Source: an uncultured Victivallaceae bacterium (lineage in GTDB: Bacteria > Verrucomicrobiota > Lentisphaeria > Victivallales > Victivallaceae). From it: a stretch of DNA of 64,000 nt. The stretch spans positions 267,037-331,036 of the forward strand of contig CAZSSH010000004.1 in assembly GCA_964609825.1 (NCBI GenBank). Direction: 5' to 3'. Positions 50,564 through 60,449 of the stretch are shown piece by piece (positions within the stretch are counted from its first letter, which is position 1; each line of letters starts with the position of its first letter). A program made the translations under genes and the position numbers. The notes beneath the pieces were generated by a model. That model searched no databases, was not told the DNA's origin, and saw only the letters and a list, made by a program, of their open reading frames with translations.

Positions 50564-52570
50564 ATGTTTCAGCACCGTAGCCTTGTCGATTTTTTGGTCC
50601 AAAGTCCGGTCAACTCTTTTTTGGAGAGTTGCTGGAATGGCGAGTATTATTTGAATTTCCCGGTTCGCGAGGGTAACAACGCCTATGATACCGGCGGGAC
50701 CAACCCGCACGCCTTGTTCTTTTTGGTTTATATTGAGAAGCTTAAGCTCGTCAATGCCAAGCCGGGCCGGGCGGCCAAGCTTGCTTTGTGGCTCGCCAAA
50801 CAAGTGCGCGATGACGGTTATTGTTTGACCCAGCAGGGCTTCACCGATCACCCGGCGCACGCCTCCACGCTGGGCGATGCGCTGGCGACGGCGGCTTATT
50901 ACGGGGACATCATCGGTCTCACGGGCAGTGACCGCGATCAGGTGGTCGCCGCCGTCAAGCGGATGATTGACAATCATCACCGCATCCGTTTTCCCGAGGG
51001 GGCGCAGGGGATCACCCAGCAGCTGCGCTTTGAGCTCAGGATGTACTATTGGATGATGCTTTTGACTAAAGAAGCCGTGTGGCAGGAGCGCTTTACGACG
51101 GCGCTCAATAATGGCTTATACCGTTACACCCATCAGGCTGCCATCGACGGCCCGATTGTCCAACCCAGCCTCAATCCCGACTGGACGTGGAACTATATCA
51201 GCACCGGGGGGTTGATTAAAGAGCACTCGACCAATACCCATACGCCCGCGTATTACGCGACCGAGCCCAATGGTTTCATGTTTGTCTATTTGCATGCGAT
51301 CCAAAATCAGACTTTTGCCCGGCGCGCCGACTTTGATGAATTTTGCCGCAAATACATTGCCGGGATGCTCAAAAATATGTCGCGCGCCGGACACCTGGCC
51401 AGCGACTTGGACGGCTACGGCATCCACCGCGCCTGGTACGGGCCGGTGCTTTGTGAGGGCATTCCCCTCGAGTGCGCCGCTTTGGCCGAGGTATTGGGGG
51501 ACAAAGAGCTGGCCTCTTATATGCGCTACTACATCGACCGCTATCTCGACTTTGTCATGCGCTGCGACACCTTTGCCGCGAGCGGGTTGCCCCCGGCGCA
51601 ACCCTACGGGCATAAAATCAACATTGAGGCGCAGTTTTCACAATTGGCAAGCATTCGCTTTTACGGCTCCATCGCCCGCGCGTTGGCCGAGTTCGGCCAT
51701 GTGGATGCGATCAAGGCCGTCGAGCCGCCGATGTACGGGACTTACTCATGGTTTGCCCAATGGCTGCGGGTCTCAACGCCAATGTACGAAACCTCGTTTG
51801 CCGCCTACAGCTGCTTGCGCAACATCCCGGTGGTGCCGTGCTACGGCGACCCCAATCTGGGGACGCTGATCGGCGGTTCGCCGCTGGCGACTTTGCAGAG
51901 CACAACCGATCTTGTGTACGCGGCAAGTTTCCCCGCTGAGAGCTTGTGGCACATTGAGGTTGAGGATCACAACGGCCGCCGCTTCCGCAGCTGCTCGACT
52001 TCGCCGCGCGACCGTTACCAGATGGCGGTGCGTCACAGCAAAGGCGGCATTCTCACTGACACTGATTTTGTCGAGTACGAGTCGCCGTGCAATCTCTGGA
52101 TCGGCCCCGGCGAATATTTGGAACTTGATTATCAGCGCGACGAGTCCGATTACGAGTTCAAATTTTTTGTCCACAATATCTATCGGCAGGAGGAGATGGA
52201 GCTTGTCTTCGGCGTCCGCGGCAAGGCGGGGCATTACTTTGACAAAGTTTCCTTTGTTCTCCCGATCCCCGACCGGGAGCTCAAGGTTTCCGCCGACGGT
52301 CAAACTTTTGTTTCGGCGGATCAGTATCAAGGCGGCAACCTTTGCGCCGTCAGCTGGCAAATCGGCGGCACGGTGACGGTGATCGACCAATTGGACGTCA
52401 ATTTTGCCTATGCCTTGGTATCGCGCGAACTTCCCGACACGGTCAATATGCCGGGGGCGGTCAACGCGTTTTCTCCCTACCGGACGCGTCAGTTGCGCCT
52501 CGAGGCGGTGCACGATGTCAAAACCACGTTGTGGAAGCTCAAAGCGCGGGTGCGTTTCTGCAAGGGTTAA
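50564..52570 (+). CDS. Hypothetical 668-aa cytoplasmic protein (possibly an alpha/alpha-toroid carbohydrate-active fold).
   Basis: It has no signal peptide and starts 3 nt after the preceding gene. I do not recognise the family. Confidence 0.3.
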   Translation: MFQHRSLVDFLVQSPVNSFLESCWNGEYYLNFPVREGNNAYDTGGTNPHALFFLVYIEKLKLVNAKPGRAAKLALWLAKQVRDDGYCLTQQGFTDHPAHASTLGDALATAAYYGDIIGLTGSDRDQVVAAVKRMIDNHHRIRFPEGAQGITQQLRFELRMYYWMMLLTKEAVWQERFTTALNNGLYRYTHQAAIDGPIVQPSLNPDWTWNYISTGGLIKEHSTNTHTPAYYATEPNGFMFVYLHAIQNQTFARRADFDEFCRKYIAGMLKNMSRAGHLASDLDGYGIHRAWYGPVLCEGIPLECAALAEVLGDKELASYMRYYIDRYLDFVMRCDTFAASGLPPAQPYGHKINIEAQFSQLASIRFYGSIARALAEFGHVDAIKAVEPPMYGTYSWFAQWLRVSTPMYETSFAAYSCLRNIPVVPCYGDPNLGTLIGGSPLATLQSTTDLVYAASFPAESLWHIEVEDHNGRRFRSCSTSPRDRYQMAVRHSKGGILTDTDFVEYESPCNLWIGPGEYLELDYQRDESDYEFKFFVHNIYRQEEMELVFGVRGKAGHYFDKVSFVLPIPDRELKVSADGQTFVSADQYQGGNLCAVSWQIGGTVTVIDQLDVNFAYALVSRELPDTVNMPGAVNAFSPYRTRQLRLEAVHDVKTTLWKLKARVRFCKG

Positions 52571-52584
52571 TATAAAATAAAAAA

Positions 52585-52615
52585 GGGAGAGGCCGAAAAA
52601 CCTCTCCCTTTTTTT
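52585..52615. terminator. Bidirectional rho-independent terminator between convergent genes.
   Basis: GGGAGAGG-CCGAAAAA-CCTCTCCC, flanked by an A-tract and T7. Confidence 0.75.
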
Positions 52616-52626
52616 GTCAAAAAAAG

Positions 52627-53877
52627 TTAGCCGCGAGCAAGCAAAACCTTTTTTTCATACGCTTTGATTTCGCTCATGTACTCGGTCCCGACGGGGACGT
52701 TGTGGGTCAAACAATAGTGATCCCAAACGATGCCCCAGGGTAGATTCTTGCAATTGTCGATTTCGGCCAATCTGCTGGTGTAATCAAATGATTTCTCAAA
52801 TCCTTCCAGTTTCTTGTAGGGCTCCAAGAGGGCGATCAACAGCGACTTTTGAAACGCGCGGCTGCCGATGACCATCGCCGCGATGCGGTTGATGGAAGCG
52901 TCAAAGTAGTCGAGCGCAAAGTGGATTTTGTTGAGATAATCATAGGCCGCCGCTTCGCGGGCGACATTGAGCAAATCATCGTTGACGACCAACACATGGT
53001 CGCTGTCCCAGCGGACGCCGCGGCTTACATGGAGCATCACTTCTTTCATCTCGCAAAAAATCGCCGACAGCTTGTCGCCGACGCTCTCGGTGGGATGAAA
53101 GTGGCCCATGTCAAAGCACACCATCTTGTTGCTCCGCATTGCGTAGGCGAGGCAGAACTCGTTGGAGGTTACGGTGTAGCTCTCAGTCCCGATGCCGAAA
53201 AGTTTGGATTCGACGGCGTCGCGGGTGTATTTGGCCGGAAGTTGGGGGGCGAAGCACTCGTCGAGGCTGTCGCGCATCCGGACGCGCGGGCTGTAGCGGT
53301 CAACCACCAAGTCTTTGCTGCCGTCGGGCATCCAAAAGTTGACGATGGACGGGGTCTTGAGCTTTTTGCCGAGCTCGGCGGCGACTTTGCGCACCGCGAT
53401 CCCGTGGTTGATCCAAAATTTGCGGATCTTTTTGTCCGGGTGGGAGAGCGAGAAGCCGTGGTCAAGCTTGGGGTGCGAGTAAAAAGCCGGCGCAATGTCC
53501 AAACCGATTTTTTTGCTTTGGGCCCAGCTGAGCCAGTCGGAGTAGTTCTCCAGATTGTAGCTGTCGCGATCCTGACCGGGGAGCACGCGGTCAACCTGAT
53601 GGGCCTGCAAATTGACTTTTTGGGTACCGGGGAGGAGCTTTAATACCAAATCGAGATCGCTGCGGAGCTCTTCGGCGGTGCGGGCGCGTCCGGGGTAGTT
53701 GCCGGTGACCTGACAGCCGCCGGTGTGGGCATGCTGGACATTTTCGAATCCGACGACGTCATCGCCCTGCCATGCGTGCAAAGAGATCACCACCTGATCG
53801 AGCTTGGCGAGCGCCTGCTCGACATCGACGCCCTTGGCGGCGTACATCTCTTTGGCCAACTCAAACGCTTTGCTCAT
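52627..53877 (-). CDS. rhaA: L-rhamnose isomerase.
   Basis: It aligns along its whole length to E. coli RhaA: 'WQGDDVVGFEN', 'TGNYPG', 'FHPTE', 'VRWDSDHV' and 'DFFDASINRIAA'. Confidence 0.93.
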   Translation of the reverse strand: MSKAFELAKEMYAAKGVDVEQALAKLDQVVISLHAWQGDDVVGFENVQHAHTGGCQVTGNYPGRARTAEELRSDLDLVLKLLPGTQKVNLQAHQVDRVLPGQDRDSYNLENYSDWLSWAQSKKIGLDIAPAFYSHPKLDHGFSLSHPDKKIRKFWINHGIAVRKVAAELGKKLKTPSIVNFWMPDGSKDLVVDRYSPRVRMRDSLDECFAPQLPAKYTRDAVESKLFGIGTESYTVTSNEFCLAYAMRSNKMVCFDMGHFHPTESVGDKLSAIFCEMKEVMLHVSRGVRWDSDHVLVVNDDLLNVAREAAAYDYLNKIHFALDYFDASINRIAAMVIGSRAFQKSLLIALLEPYKKLEGFEKSFDYTSRLAEIDNCKNLPWGIVWDHYCLTHNVPVGTEYMSEIKAYEKKVLLARG

Positions 53878-55034
53878 AAATTACCCTCCAGTTGTAAAAT
53901 ATTGGTGCTGTATATTCGTTGATTTTGATCGGTAACATTAAAATAGGCCGCTGTCGTGTACTCCGGGAGGGTGGCGGTGACTTTGCCGTCTCCGGAAATT
54001 TCGACGCTCTGCGTATTCCACGTGCGGTCGGCCTCAAGCCCGGTTGCGCGGGTATAGACCAGCTCCGCGGCGGCAAGCCTGATGTCGGCCGGGGTGTTTA
54101 TGATCAGGCTCGTCACTTTGTCGCCGCGGCGGCGGACCTTGGACAATACCGGTAAACTTTGCTGTTTTTTGAAGACATGGTCAAAGAAATTGACCAGCTC
54201 GGGCGCTTCCTCGGCGACCGGGGAGTGGGCGTGCTCCATCCTGACTTTGATGCTTAAAAAATTTGGGCCCTTGCGGCACTTCACCGAGCGCATCAACGCG
54301 CTTAAGGGAAACGCGAAATCATTGGTCCCGGTGAGCCACAAAAAGGGAATGTCATGTCCGGGTAAAAAGTGCTTGGGGTCCCAAAGCTGAAACCATTTTT
54401 TTAACTTTTTATGATCCAGCTTGCGTTTCTCGTAGAGTGCGGTCGGCGTGTCCAAAAAACCGCAACCGTAGACCGGCGCGGCGGCGGCAAAGCGCGTATC
54501 GACACCGGCCGCCACACTGGTGAGGACGCCGCCCCATGAAATGCCGGTAATGCCGACACGGGCCGGATCAACCGCCTCAAAGCTGCGCAAGAGACTGTGT
54601 CCGGCAATCACCGCGGCGACGGCGTGATACATCCACTGCTCATGGATGGGGTAGTCGCTCTCCTCAAAGTTGCCCCAGCCGGCCGGGCCGGAGTTGGCGT
54701 GGCGCTCCCACAGGGATTTGCCGCGGACGTTGGTTTCCGCCTGCGGGGCAATGCCGCCGCAAGTATCCATGGCAATCGCGGCATAGCCCTGACCGACCCA
54801 AAAATCGACCCAGGAGGGAAATGCGGTGCCCAGCCCGCCGTGGACCAATACCATGGCCGGAACTTTATTTTTTTTAGACGCGTGGGGCGGGATTCCAATC
54901 CAGGCAAAGACTTTGGTTTTTTTGCCCTGATACAGTACGCTCTCATAAAACAAGGCGCGGGTGGCGCCGTGCCGGCGCTCATCGGTGTAGCGGTATGACG
55001 GTGTGTCAAAAAGTTGCTTGATATCCCAAATCAT
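53874..55034 (-). CDS. Alpha/beta-hydrolase esterase, acetyl-xylan-esterase (AXE1/CE7)-like.
   Basis: 'MVLVHGGLG', a nucleophile elbow 'GISWGG', and an AXE1-like layout. Its stop overlaps the rhaA start (ATGA). I placed the start at MIWDIKQLF. Confidence 0.55.
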   Translation of the reverse strand: MIWDIKQLFDTPSYRYTDERRHGATRALFYESVLYQGKKTKVFAWIGIPPHASKKNKVPAMVLVHGGLGTAFPSWVDFWVGQGYAAIAMDTCGGIAPQAETNVRGKSLWERHANSGPAGWGNFEESDYPIHEQWMYHAVAAVIAGHSLLRSFEAVDPARVGITGISWGGVLTSVAAGVDTRFAAAAPVYGCGFLDTPTALYEKRKLDHKKLKKWFQLWDPKHFLPGHDIPFLWLTGTNDFAFPLSALMRSVKCRKGPNFLSIKVRMEHAHSPVAEEAPELVNFFDHVFKKQQSLPVLSKVRRRGDKVTSLIINTPADIRLAAAELVYTRATGLEADRTWNTQSVEISGDGKVTATLPEYTTAAYFNVTDQNQRIYSTNILQLEGNL

Positions 55035-55156
55035 AATGTTTGTCCGGGGTTGTCGGATAAATTGTAACAATTGAAGTAATATAGCCTGAATCGACCGGGT
55101 TTTCAAATTTGTTTGTGATTTTTTTTACTTAATTAGGAAAACATAATATTTCAAGG

Positions 55157-55184
55157 TTGAAAATTTGCATTGCTGTGCTATAAT
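55157..55184 (+). promoter_or_regulatory. Sigma70-like promoter TTGAAA-N16-TATAAT.
   Basis: Sequence match; it lies ~75 nt upstream of the ATG at 55258. Confidence 0.4.
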
Positions 55185-55257
55185 TAAAAATCATGAGCAC
55201 AAAATCGCCGTTTTTGCTAGTTTGCCGGCATTAAGCAAGGGACATAAACAATATTTT

Positions 55258-57924
55258 ATGAAAATTGACGAGCTGTTGAAAGATTTGGAAATCAAGTCCG
55301 CTGCGTTCCGGCCCGGAATGTTTTGGTTTTGGAACGATGAGTTGAATGTCGATGAGCTGCACCGCAAGATTGGTGAGTTTGCCCGCTCCGGTTTTACCCG
55401 GATTGTGATCCACCCAAATCACGGCATGACGCTTGAATACTTGTCCGACGAGTACTGTCTGCGGGTCAAGGCAGCGTTGGAATGCTGTCTCAAGTACGGG
55501 ATCAAAATTTGGCTCTATGACGAGTTCGGCTGGCCCAGCGGCAACGCGGGCGGGTTGTTGCTGCGCACCCATCCCGAATATCGCGCGTGGCATTTGTGGT
55601 TTGGGCGCGATGTCAAAGGCGAAGTCATTGCCGAACCCCGGCTGACCGAACGGGTGCTCGATTGCGTCACCGGCGCGCCGTGGTGCCGCAATGAGTCGGG
55701 GTATCTTGACACGTTGTCCGAGGAGGCGGTGGCCAAATTCATCGAGCTCACGCACCAGCGGCTTTATGAATACATCGGCAATGCATTGTTTGCCAAGACC
55801 GTTGAGGGGTTCTTTACCGATGAGGTTGCCTGTATGCTTGAGAGCACCGGTAAAAACGGCGTCTGGACGGCCGAGTGTCTGCCTTGGACGCCCGAGTTTC
55901 CGGCTCTTTTTAAGGCCAAATACGGTTACGATATTGCCGAAAATTATGCTGTATTGGCCGACCCGGTGCAGTCACAGCGGCAACGCCGTGACTATTGGCA
56001 GCTCGCACAGGAGCTCCATGTCAACGCATTTTACCGCGCCATTGCCGACTGGTGCGACCGGCATCAGGTCAAATTTACCGGCCATTTGGGCGATGATTTC
56101 CCGGCGCAGCAGGTGCGTTTTTCCGGCAACCCGTTTTTGGCCTTGTCGCAAATGCACATCCCCGGCTGGGATTACCTGGGCAATGACCAAAGCGTGGAGC
56201 AGCTGGTGATGCAAATGTCGATGGTCTCCTCGGTGGCGGCGGCGACCAAGCGCAAATATTGTTTCTGCGAAGCCTTTGGCGTGTCGCCGCAAAACTTGAC
56301 TCCCGAAAAAATCTTGCGAAAATCGGTCTTTTTTGGCCTCCATGGTATTAATATGATTTATTTTATGGGGGCAAGGCAATCCTCCAAGGGGTTGCGCAAG
56401 CACCTTTACTGGCCAGCGTTTTTTGATGATTCTCCATATTTTGAAGCATTGGCCGAGCTTGGCAAGGCGGTCGGCCGGGGCTTGGCGCTGACGAGTCTTG
56501 TCAAGCGCGAAACCCGCTACGCGATTTTATACCCGCAGGACCATCTGGAGCAGCTGCCTGTTCTTGATTATTCGCCCATCCGACAAGATGAGCCGGTCAA
56601 TACGGTGCTCAACAAGGCGCTTAAAATCATCCGCTCCGCCGGCGAAAACTGCGACTTCATTTTTAAGGAAACCATCAGCAAAGCGACGATGTCGCGCTAT
56701 GAGCAAATTTTTGTGCTGGACGAGCTTGACTACTATACCGATACCCTGACCAAAATTGACAATTATGAAAATTGCAGCTTTATCAACTGCGAAGAACTCA
56801 AGGAGCTGATGCAAAAGACGCCGCCCGGGCTGTGTAAATATTTCGTCTCCGAAAACATCGCGGATTTTCGCTATTATCTTTATCCGTTGGCCGACGGGGT
56901 AATGGCCGCGGTCTTTAATCCACGCCAAAAGGACGCCTCGGTATTGATCCGGCCGCAGCGCGGCTACCATGCGTCGCTGTACAATATTTCGGACGGCAAA
57001 CTCTACGCGTTTGAGGGCGAGTTGAGCTTGGGTGGCGAAGGGGTGGCATTTTTATTTTTCAGCCATCAGCTGTTGGCCGCCGGATCTTATTTCGGCTGTA
57101 AAAAGTTGTCGGCCTCGCTCTCCATGCAGCTTCGGACGCCCGACAACACGATTCCTTTGCAAAACGTGATGTATATGCATGATCAGTCCTCGCGCAGTCT
57201 GCCCGGTGAAGTCAAGCATACCGCGATGCCGGGACACGGACTGCCGGAGTCATTTTTCGGCACCGGCCATGCCGGGTTTAAAGGATCCTTTAACGTTGCC
57301 GCCGAGACCGCCGGGCTGTCGGCAGTGTTCGAAAAGGACTACATCTCCGCCCTCAGTCTCGACGGCTGCGCCCTTAAGCTTGATGATGCCAAGGCCTTTC
57401 CGCTTTGGGATGGCAGCTGCCAAAGGATCGCTTTGGGCGCCTTGACGGCGGGGCGGCATGAGCTCTCGGGGACGATGAAAATGCCGCCGTTTGAGAGCTC
57501 GATGAAAAATGACGGATTTTTTGAGAAACCGCCGATGCCCTCACTGGATTTGTGTCTTTACGGCAAACTCGCCGGGGATGCCGCGGCGGCCAAACCGGTC
57601 GGTGATACTCTGGAGTGCCGTTTGCCGGTCAATTTGCGCGAACTCGGTTTTGGCCGGAGTTTTCACAAAATTGTGATTGAGCTTGGGATCGAAGCGGCCG
57701 AAAACTTCTCGGCGATCCGGTTTGACCTCTATGACAATACCACTTTAAAGGTGGTGATTAATGGCAAGGACGAGCATTGGCTGCTCTCAAAACCGTATTT
57801 GCTCCACGGCAAATTCGGCGGCAAAAGTGCGGTTTTGCGTCTTGAGCTCTACCCGACCGTTGGGCATTTGTTTTCGCCCGCGGTGCTTGACTGGGGGATC
57901 AAAAATATTACCGTGATCCGTTAA
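55258..57924 (+). CDS. Putative large glycoside hydrolase (TIM-barrel type; family unassigned).
   Basis: 'FWFWNDELNVDELHRKIGEFARSGFTRIVIHP' suggests a GH-type barrel, and it sits in rhamnose-related context. The start is placed at MKIDELLKDL. The family call is tentative. Confidence 0.4.
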   Translation: MKIDELLKDLEIKSAAFRPGMFWFWNDELNVDELHRKIGEFARSGFTRIVIHPNHGMTLEYLSDEYCLRVKAALECCLKYGIKIWLYDEFGWPSGNAGGLLLRTHPEYRAWHLWFGRDVKGEVIAEPRLTERVLDCVTGAPWCRNESGYLDTLSEEAVAKFIELTHQRLYEYIGNALFAKTVEGFFTDEVACMLESTGKNGVWTAECLPWTPEFPALFKAKYGYDIAENYAVLADPVQSQRQRRDYWQLAQELHVNAFYRAIADWCDRHQVKFTGHLGDDFPAQQVRFSGNPFLALSQMHIPGWDYLGNDQSVEQLVMQMSMVSSVAAATKRKYCFCEAFGVSPQNLTPEKILRKSVFFGLHGINMIYFMGARQSSKGLRKHLYWPAFFDDSPYFEALAELGKAVGRGLALTSLVKRETRYAILYPQDHLEQLPVLDYSPIRQDEPVNTVLNKALKIIRSAGENCDFIFKETISKATMSRYEQIFVLDELDYYTDTLTKIDNYENCSFINCEELKELMQKTPPGLCKYFVSENIADFRYYLYPLADGVMAAVFNPRQKDASVLIRPQRGYHASLYNISDGKLYAFEGELSLGGEGVAFLFFSHQLLAAGSYFGCKKLSASLSMQLRTPDNTIPLQNVMYMHDQSSRSLPGEVKHTAMPGHGLPESFFGTGHAGFKGSFNVAAETAGLSAVFEKDYISALSLDGCALKLDDAKAFPLWDGSCQRIALGALTAGRHELSGTMKMPPFESSMKNDGFFEKPPMPSLDLCLYGKLAGDAAAAKPVGDTLECRLPVNLRELGFGRSFHKIVIELGIEAAENFSAIRFDLYDNTTLKVVINGKDEHWLLSKPYLLHGKFGGKSAVLRLELYPTVGHLFSPAVLDWGIKNITVIR

Positions 57925-59032
57925 AATAGAGTTTTGCGATGTTTTGCAGCATCCGCCGCAGATTTTGCGGGGTGTCGGCAATCGCTTTTTCGAGCGTGCC
58001 GGGGCCGGCGGCGAGACTCATGACGGCGAAAAATTCCTTTTGCAGCGGCGTGACATCGCCGCGCAAGCTCCCCGAGAGCAGCACCACCGGGATTTGATGA
58101 CGCTTGCCGCGTTGATTGACCGCCTGACAAAGTTTGCCGTGTAACGTTTGCTCGTCCGAGCACCCTTCGCCGGTCACGATCAAGTCGGCCCCCGCAATTT
58201 TTTGATCAAAACCGATGGCATCCAAAACTGTTTCAGCGCCCGGCCGGATAACCCCTTTGAGGATGCGGCGAAAGGCGAAGCCAAGTCCGCCCGCGGCGCC
58301 GTCACCCGCTGTCTTGCCGTCGTCTTTCCATAATTTTGCCCAGTGGATCAACTGATTCTCCAAGTCGTGCTGCATGGCTTTGTCCGCACCCTTTTGCGCG
58401 CCGAACATCATTGCCGCTCCGGCGGGCCCGGTCAAAACATTGTCAACATCACAGGCAATCTGAAAGGTACATTCCGCAAGCAGCGGATCGACCGCACTCT
58501 CATCAACACTGGCAATTGACCGGATGACTTTTGCTCCCGATTTGGCGGGGATTTCCGCACCCCGGTCATTGGCAAAGCGCCAGCCCAGCGCCTGCAGCAT
58601 GCCGAGGCCGCCGTCCACTGTGGCGCTGCCGCCGATGCCGACGGTAAAATGGCGGATATCCTGATTGACCAACAACCGGATCATTTCACCGGTGCCGTAA
58701 GTCGAGGCCAGCAAGGGGTTGCGCTCATAATTTTTGAGGAGCTCCAAGCCGGAGGCGGCCGCCATTTCCAAAATCGCCGAACGCTTGGTGCGATTGACCG
58801 CGCAAGGTGCCTTGACCGGGCGACCCAAAGGGTCGCTGACTGAGAGTGTGACGATTTCGCCGTCCATGCTTCGGGCCAATGCGTCCACTGTTCCTTCGCC
58901 GCCGTCGGCGAGGGGCAGGGTAACGATTTCGCCGTTAAAATCAATTTCGCGAAGGGCGCTCAACGCAAGATCGGCGATCTCCGAGGCGCGCATACAATCT
59001 TTAAAGGAGTCAAAAGCAACCACTATTTTCAT
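57908..59032 (-). CDS. Glycerate kinase (GlxK/GarK family).
   Basis: 'MKIVVAFDSFKD…ADGGEGT' and 'GGSATVDGGLGM' match the glycerate-kinase family. Its 3' end overlaps the convergent upstream gene by 17 nt. Confidence 0.85.
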   Translation of the reverse strand: MKIVVAFDSFKDCMRASEIADLALSALREIDFNGEIVTLPLADGGEGTVDALARSMDGEIVTLSVSDPLGRPVKAPCAVNRTKRSAILEMAAASGLELLKNYERNPLLASTYGTGEMIRLLVNQDIRHFTVGIGGSATVDGGLGMLQALGWRFANDRGAEIPAKSGAKVIRSIASVDESAVDPLLAECTFQIACDVDNVLTGPAGAAMMFGAQKGADKAMQHDLENQLIHWAKLWKDDGKTAGDGAAGGLGFAFRRILKGVIRPGAETVLDAIGFDQKIAGADLIVTGEGCSDEQTLHGKLCQAVNQRGKRHQIPVVLLSGSLRGDVTPLQKEFFAVMSLAAGPGTLEKAIADTPQNLRRMLQNIAKLYFNGSR

Positions 59033-59227
59033 TATATCAATCTCAAAAATGGGTGAATCAATTATCATAATATAGCCATATTGCCTTTTTTTTACAAGCG
59101 CGGTTTGCATAAATGCAACAATTGTGATATATTACGATGCGATGTCCCGGCGGAATGCCTCCGGCGGCGGTCCATCGCTTAACAATGACCCGTCAAAGGG
59201 TTAAATACGGTTTCAGAGGTTTAAAAA

Positions 59228-60334
59228 ATGGCGCTCAAGGGCAAAGTTGCGATGTTGGTCGCTCCGGGCAAATTCGAAATTCAGGAATTCGATGTGCCGG
59301 AGCTCGGCGATGATGAGATGTTAATCAAGGTCGAGGGCTGCGGCGTTTGCGGCACCGACGGGCACGAGTACAAGCGTGACCCCTTCGGTCTTTGTCCGGT
59401 GGTGCTCGGGCATGAGGGCTCCGGCGCAATCGTCAAACTTGGCAAAAATGTCAGCAAAGACACCGCCGGCAAAGCGGTCAAGGTGGGCGACAAGATCGTC
59501 ACGTGCATCATCCCCTGCGGCAAATGCGATGCTTGTCTCAATACCCCGGCGCGCACCAATTTGTGCGAAAAATGCGGTGTTTACGGCTTGTTTCCGGATG
59601 ACAAATATCACTTTAACGGTTATTTCGGCGAATATCTGATTATCCGCCCCGGTTCAACGTTTTACAATGTCACCGGAATGACGCTTGACCAGCGCATGCT
59701 CATTGAGCCCGCTGCGGTTGCGGTGCATGCGGTCGAGCGCGCCAAATTGACCGGGCTGTTGCGGTTCAACACCAAAGTTTTGGTGCAGGGTTGTGGCCCC
59801 ATCGGCTTGATGGTGATGGCGGTGCTGCGTACCCTCGGGATCGAAAACATCATCGCGGTGGACGGCAATGACGGCCGCCTCGAGTGGGCCAAAAAAATGG
59901 GCGCTACCCAAACCTTTAATTTTACCAAATATGAGTCGTTTGACGCGATGTTGGCGGAGGTCAAAAAAGTTTCCGACGGTCTTGGCGCGGAGTTTGTGTT
60001 TCAGTGCACCGGCTCGGCGGCGGCGGGCGGCAATGTCTGGAAATTTATCCGCCGCGGCGGCGGCATGTGCGAAGTCGGCTTCTTTATGGATGGCGGCGAG
60101 GGGCGCATCAATCATCACTTTGACCTTTGCAACAAAGAGATCACGTTGGTTGGTTCCTGGGTTTACACCCCGCAGGATTACCCGATCACCTTTGATTTTC
60201 TCAAGCGCGCCAAAGGCATCGGTCTCCCGGTTGAGGAGCTGGTGACCCACAAATTTCCGCTCTCGCAAATTACCGAGGCGCTGGAAACCAACGTCCAGAT
60301 GAAAGGGATCAAAGTCGCCGTCATCGTCGACTGA
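59228..60334 (+). CDS. Zinc-dependent medium-chain dehydrogenase (sorbitol/threonine-dehydrogenase-like).
   Basis: 'GCGVCGTDGHEY' catalytic Zn site, 'CGKCDAC' structural Zn site, and a Rossmann 'VQGCGPIGLMV'. Confidence 0.85.
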   Translation: MALKGKVAMLVAPGKFEIQEFDVPELGDDEMLIKVEGCGVCGTDGHEYKRDPFGLCPVVLGHEGSGAIVKLGKNVSKDTAGKAVKVGDKIVTCIIPCGKCDACLNTPARTNLCEKCGVYGLFPDDKYHFNGYFGEYLIIRPGSTFYNVTGMTLDQRMLIEPAAVAVHAVERAKLTGLLRFNTKVLVQGCGPIGLMVMAVLRTLGIENIIAVDGNDGRLEWAKKMGATQTFNFTKYESFDAMLAEVKKVSDGLGAEFVFQCTGSAAAGGNVWKFIRRGGGMCEVGFFMDGGEGRINHHFDLCNKEITLVGSWVYTPQDYPITFDFLKRAKGIGLPVEELVTHKFPLSQITEALETNVQMKGIKVAVIVD

Positions 60335-60352
60335 CCCGTTATTTGATTGTCA

Positions 60353-60387
60353 GGCGTCTCCCGTGATTGCGGGAGGCGCTTTTTTTT
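60353..60387 (+). terminator. Rho-independent terminator downstream of the Zn-ADH gene.
   Basis: GGCGTCTCCCG-TGATTG-CGGGAGGCGC followed by T8. Confidence 0.75.
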
Positions 60388-60391
60388 GCAT

Positions 60392-60423
60392 AAAAAAACG
60401 TGCATCCCTGCGGGGAAGCACGT
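60392..60423 (-). terminator. Rho-independent terminator downstream of the GH4 gene (minus strand).
   Basis: ACGTGCATCCC-TGCG-GGGAAGCACGT, with A7 on the plus strand (T7 on the transcript). Confidence 0.65.
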
Positions 60424-60449
60424 TTGATTTACGATAAAAGCGTTAACGC

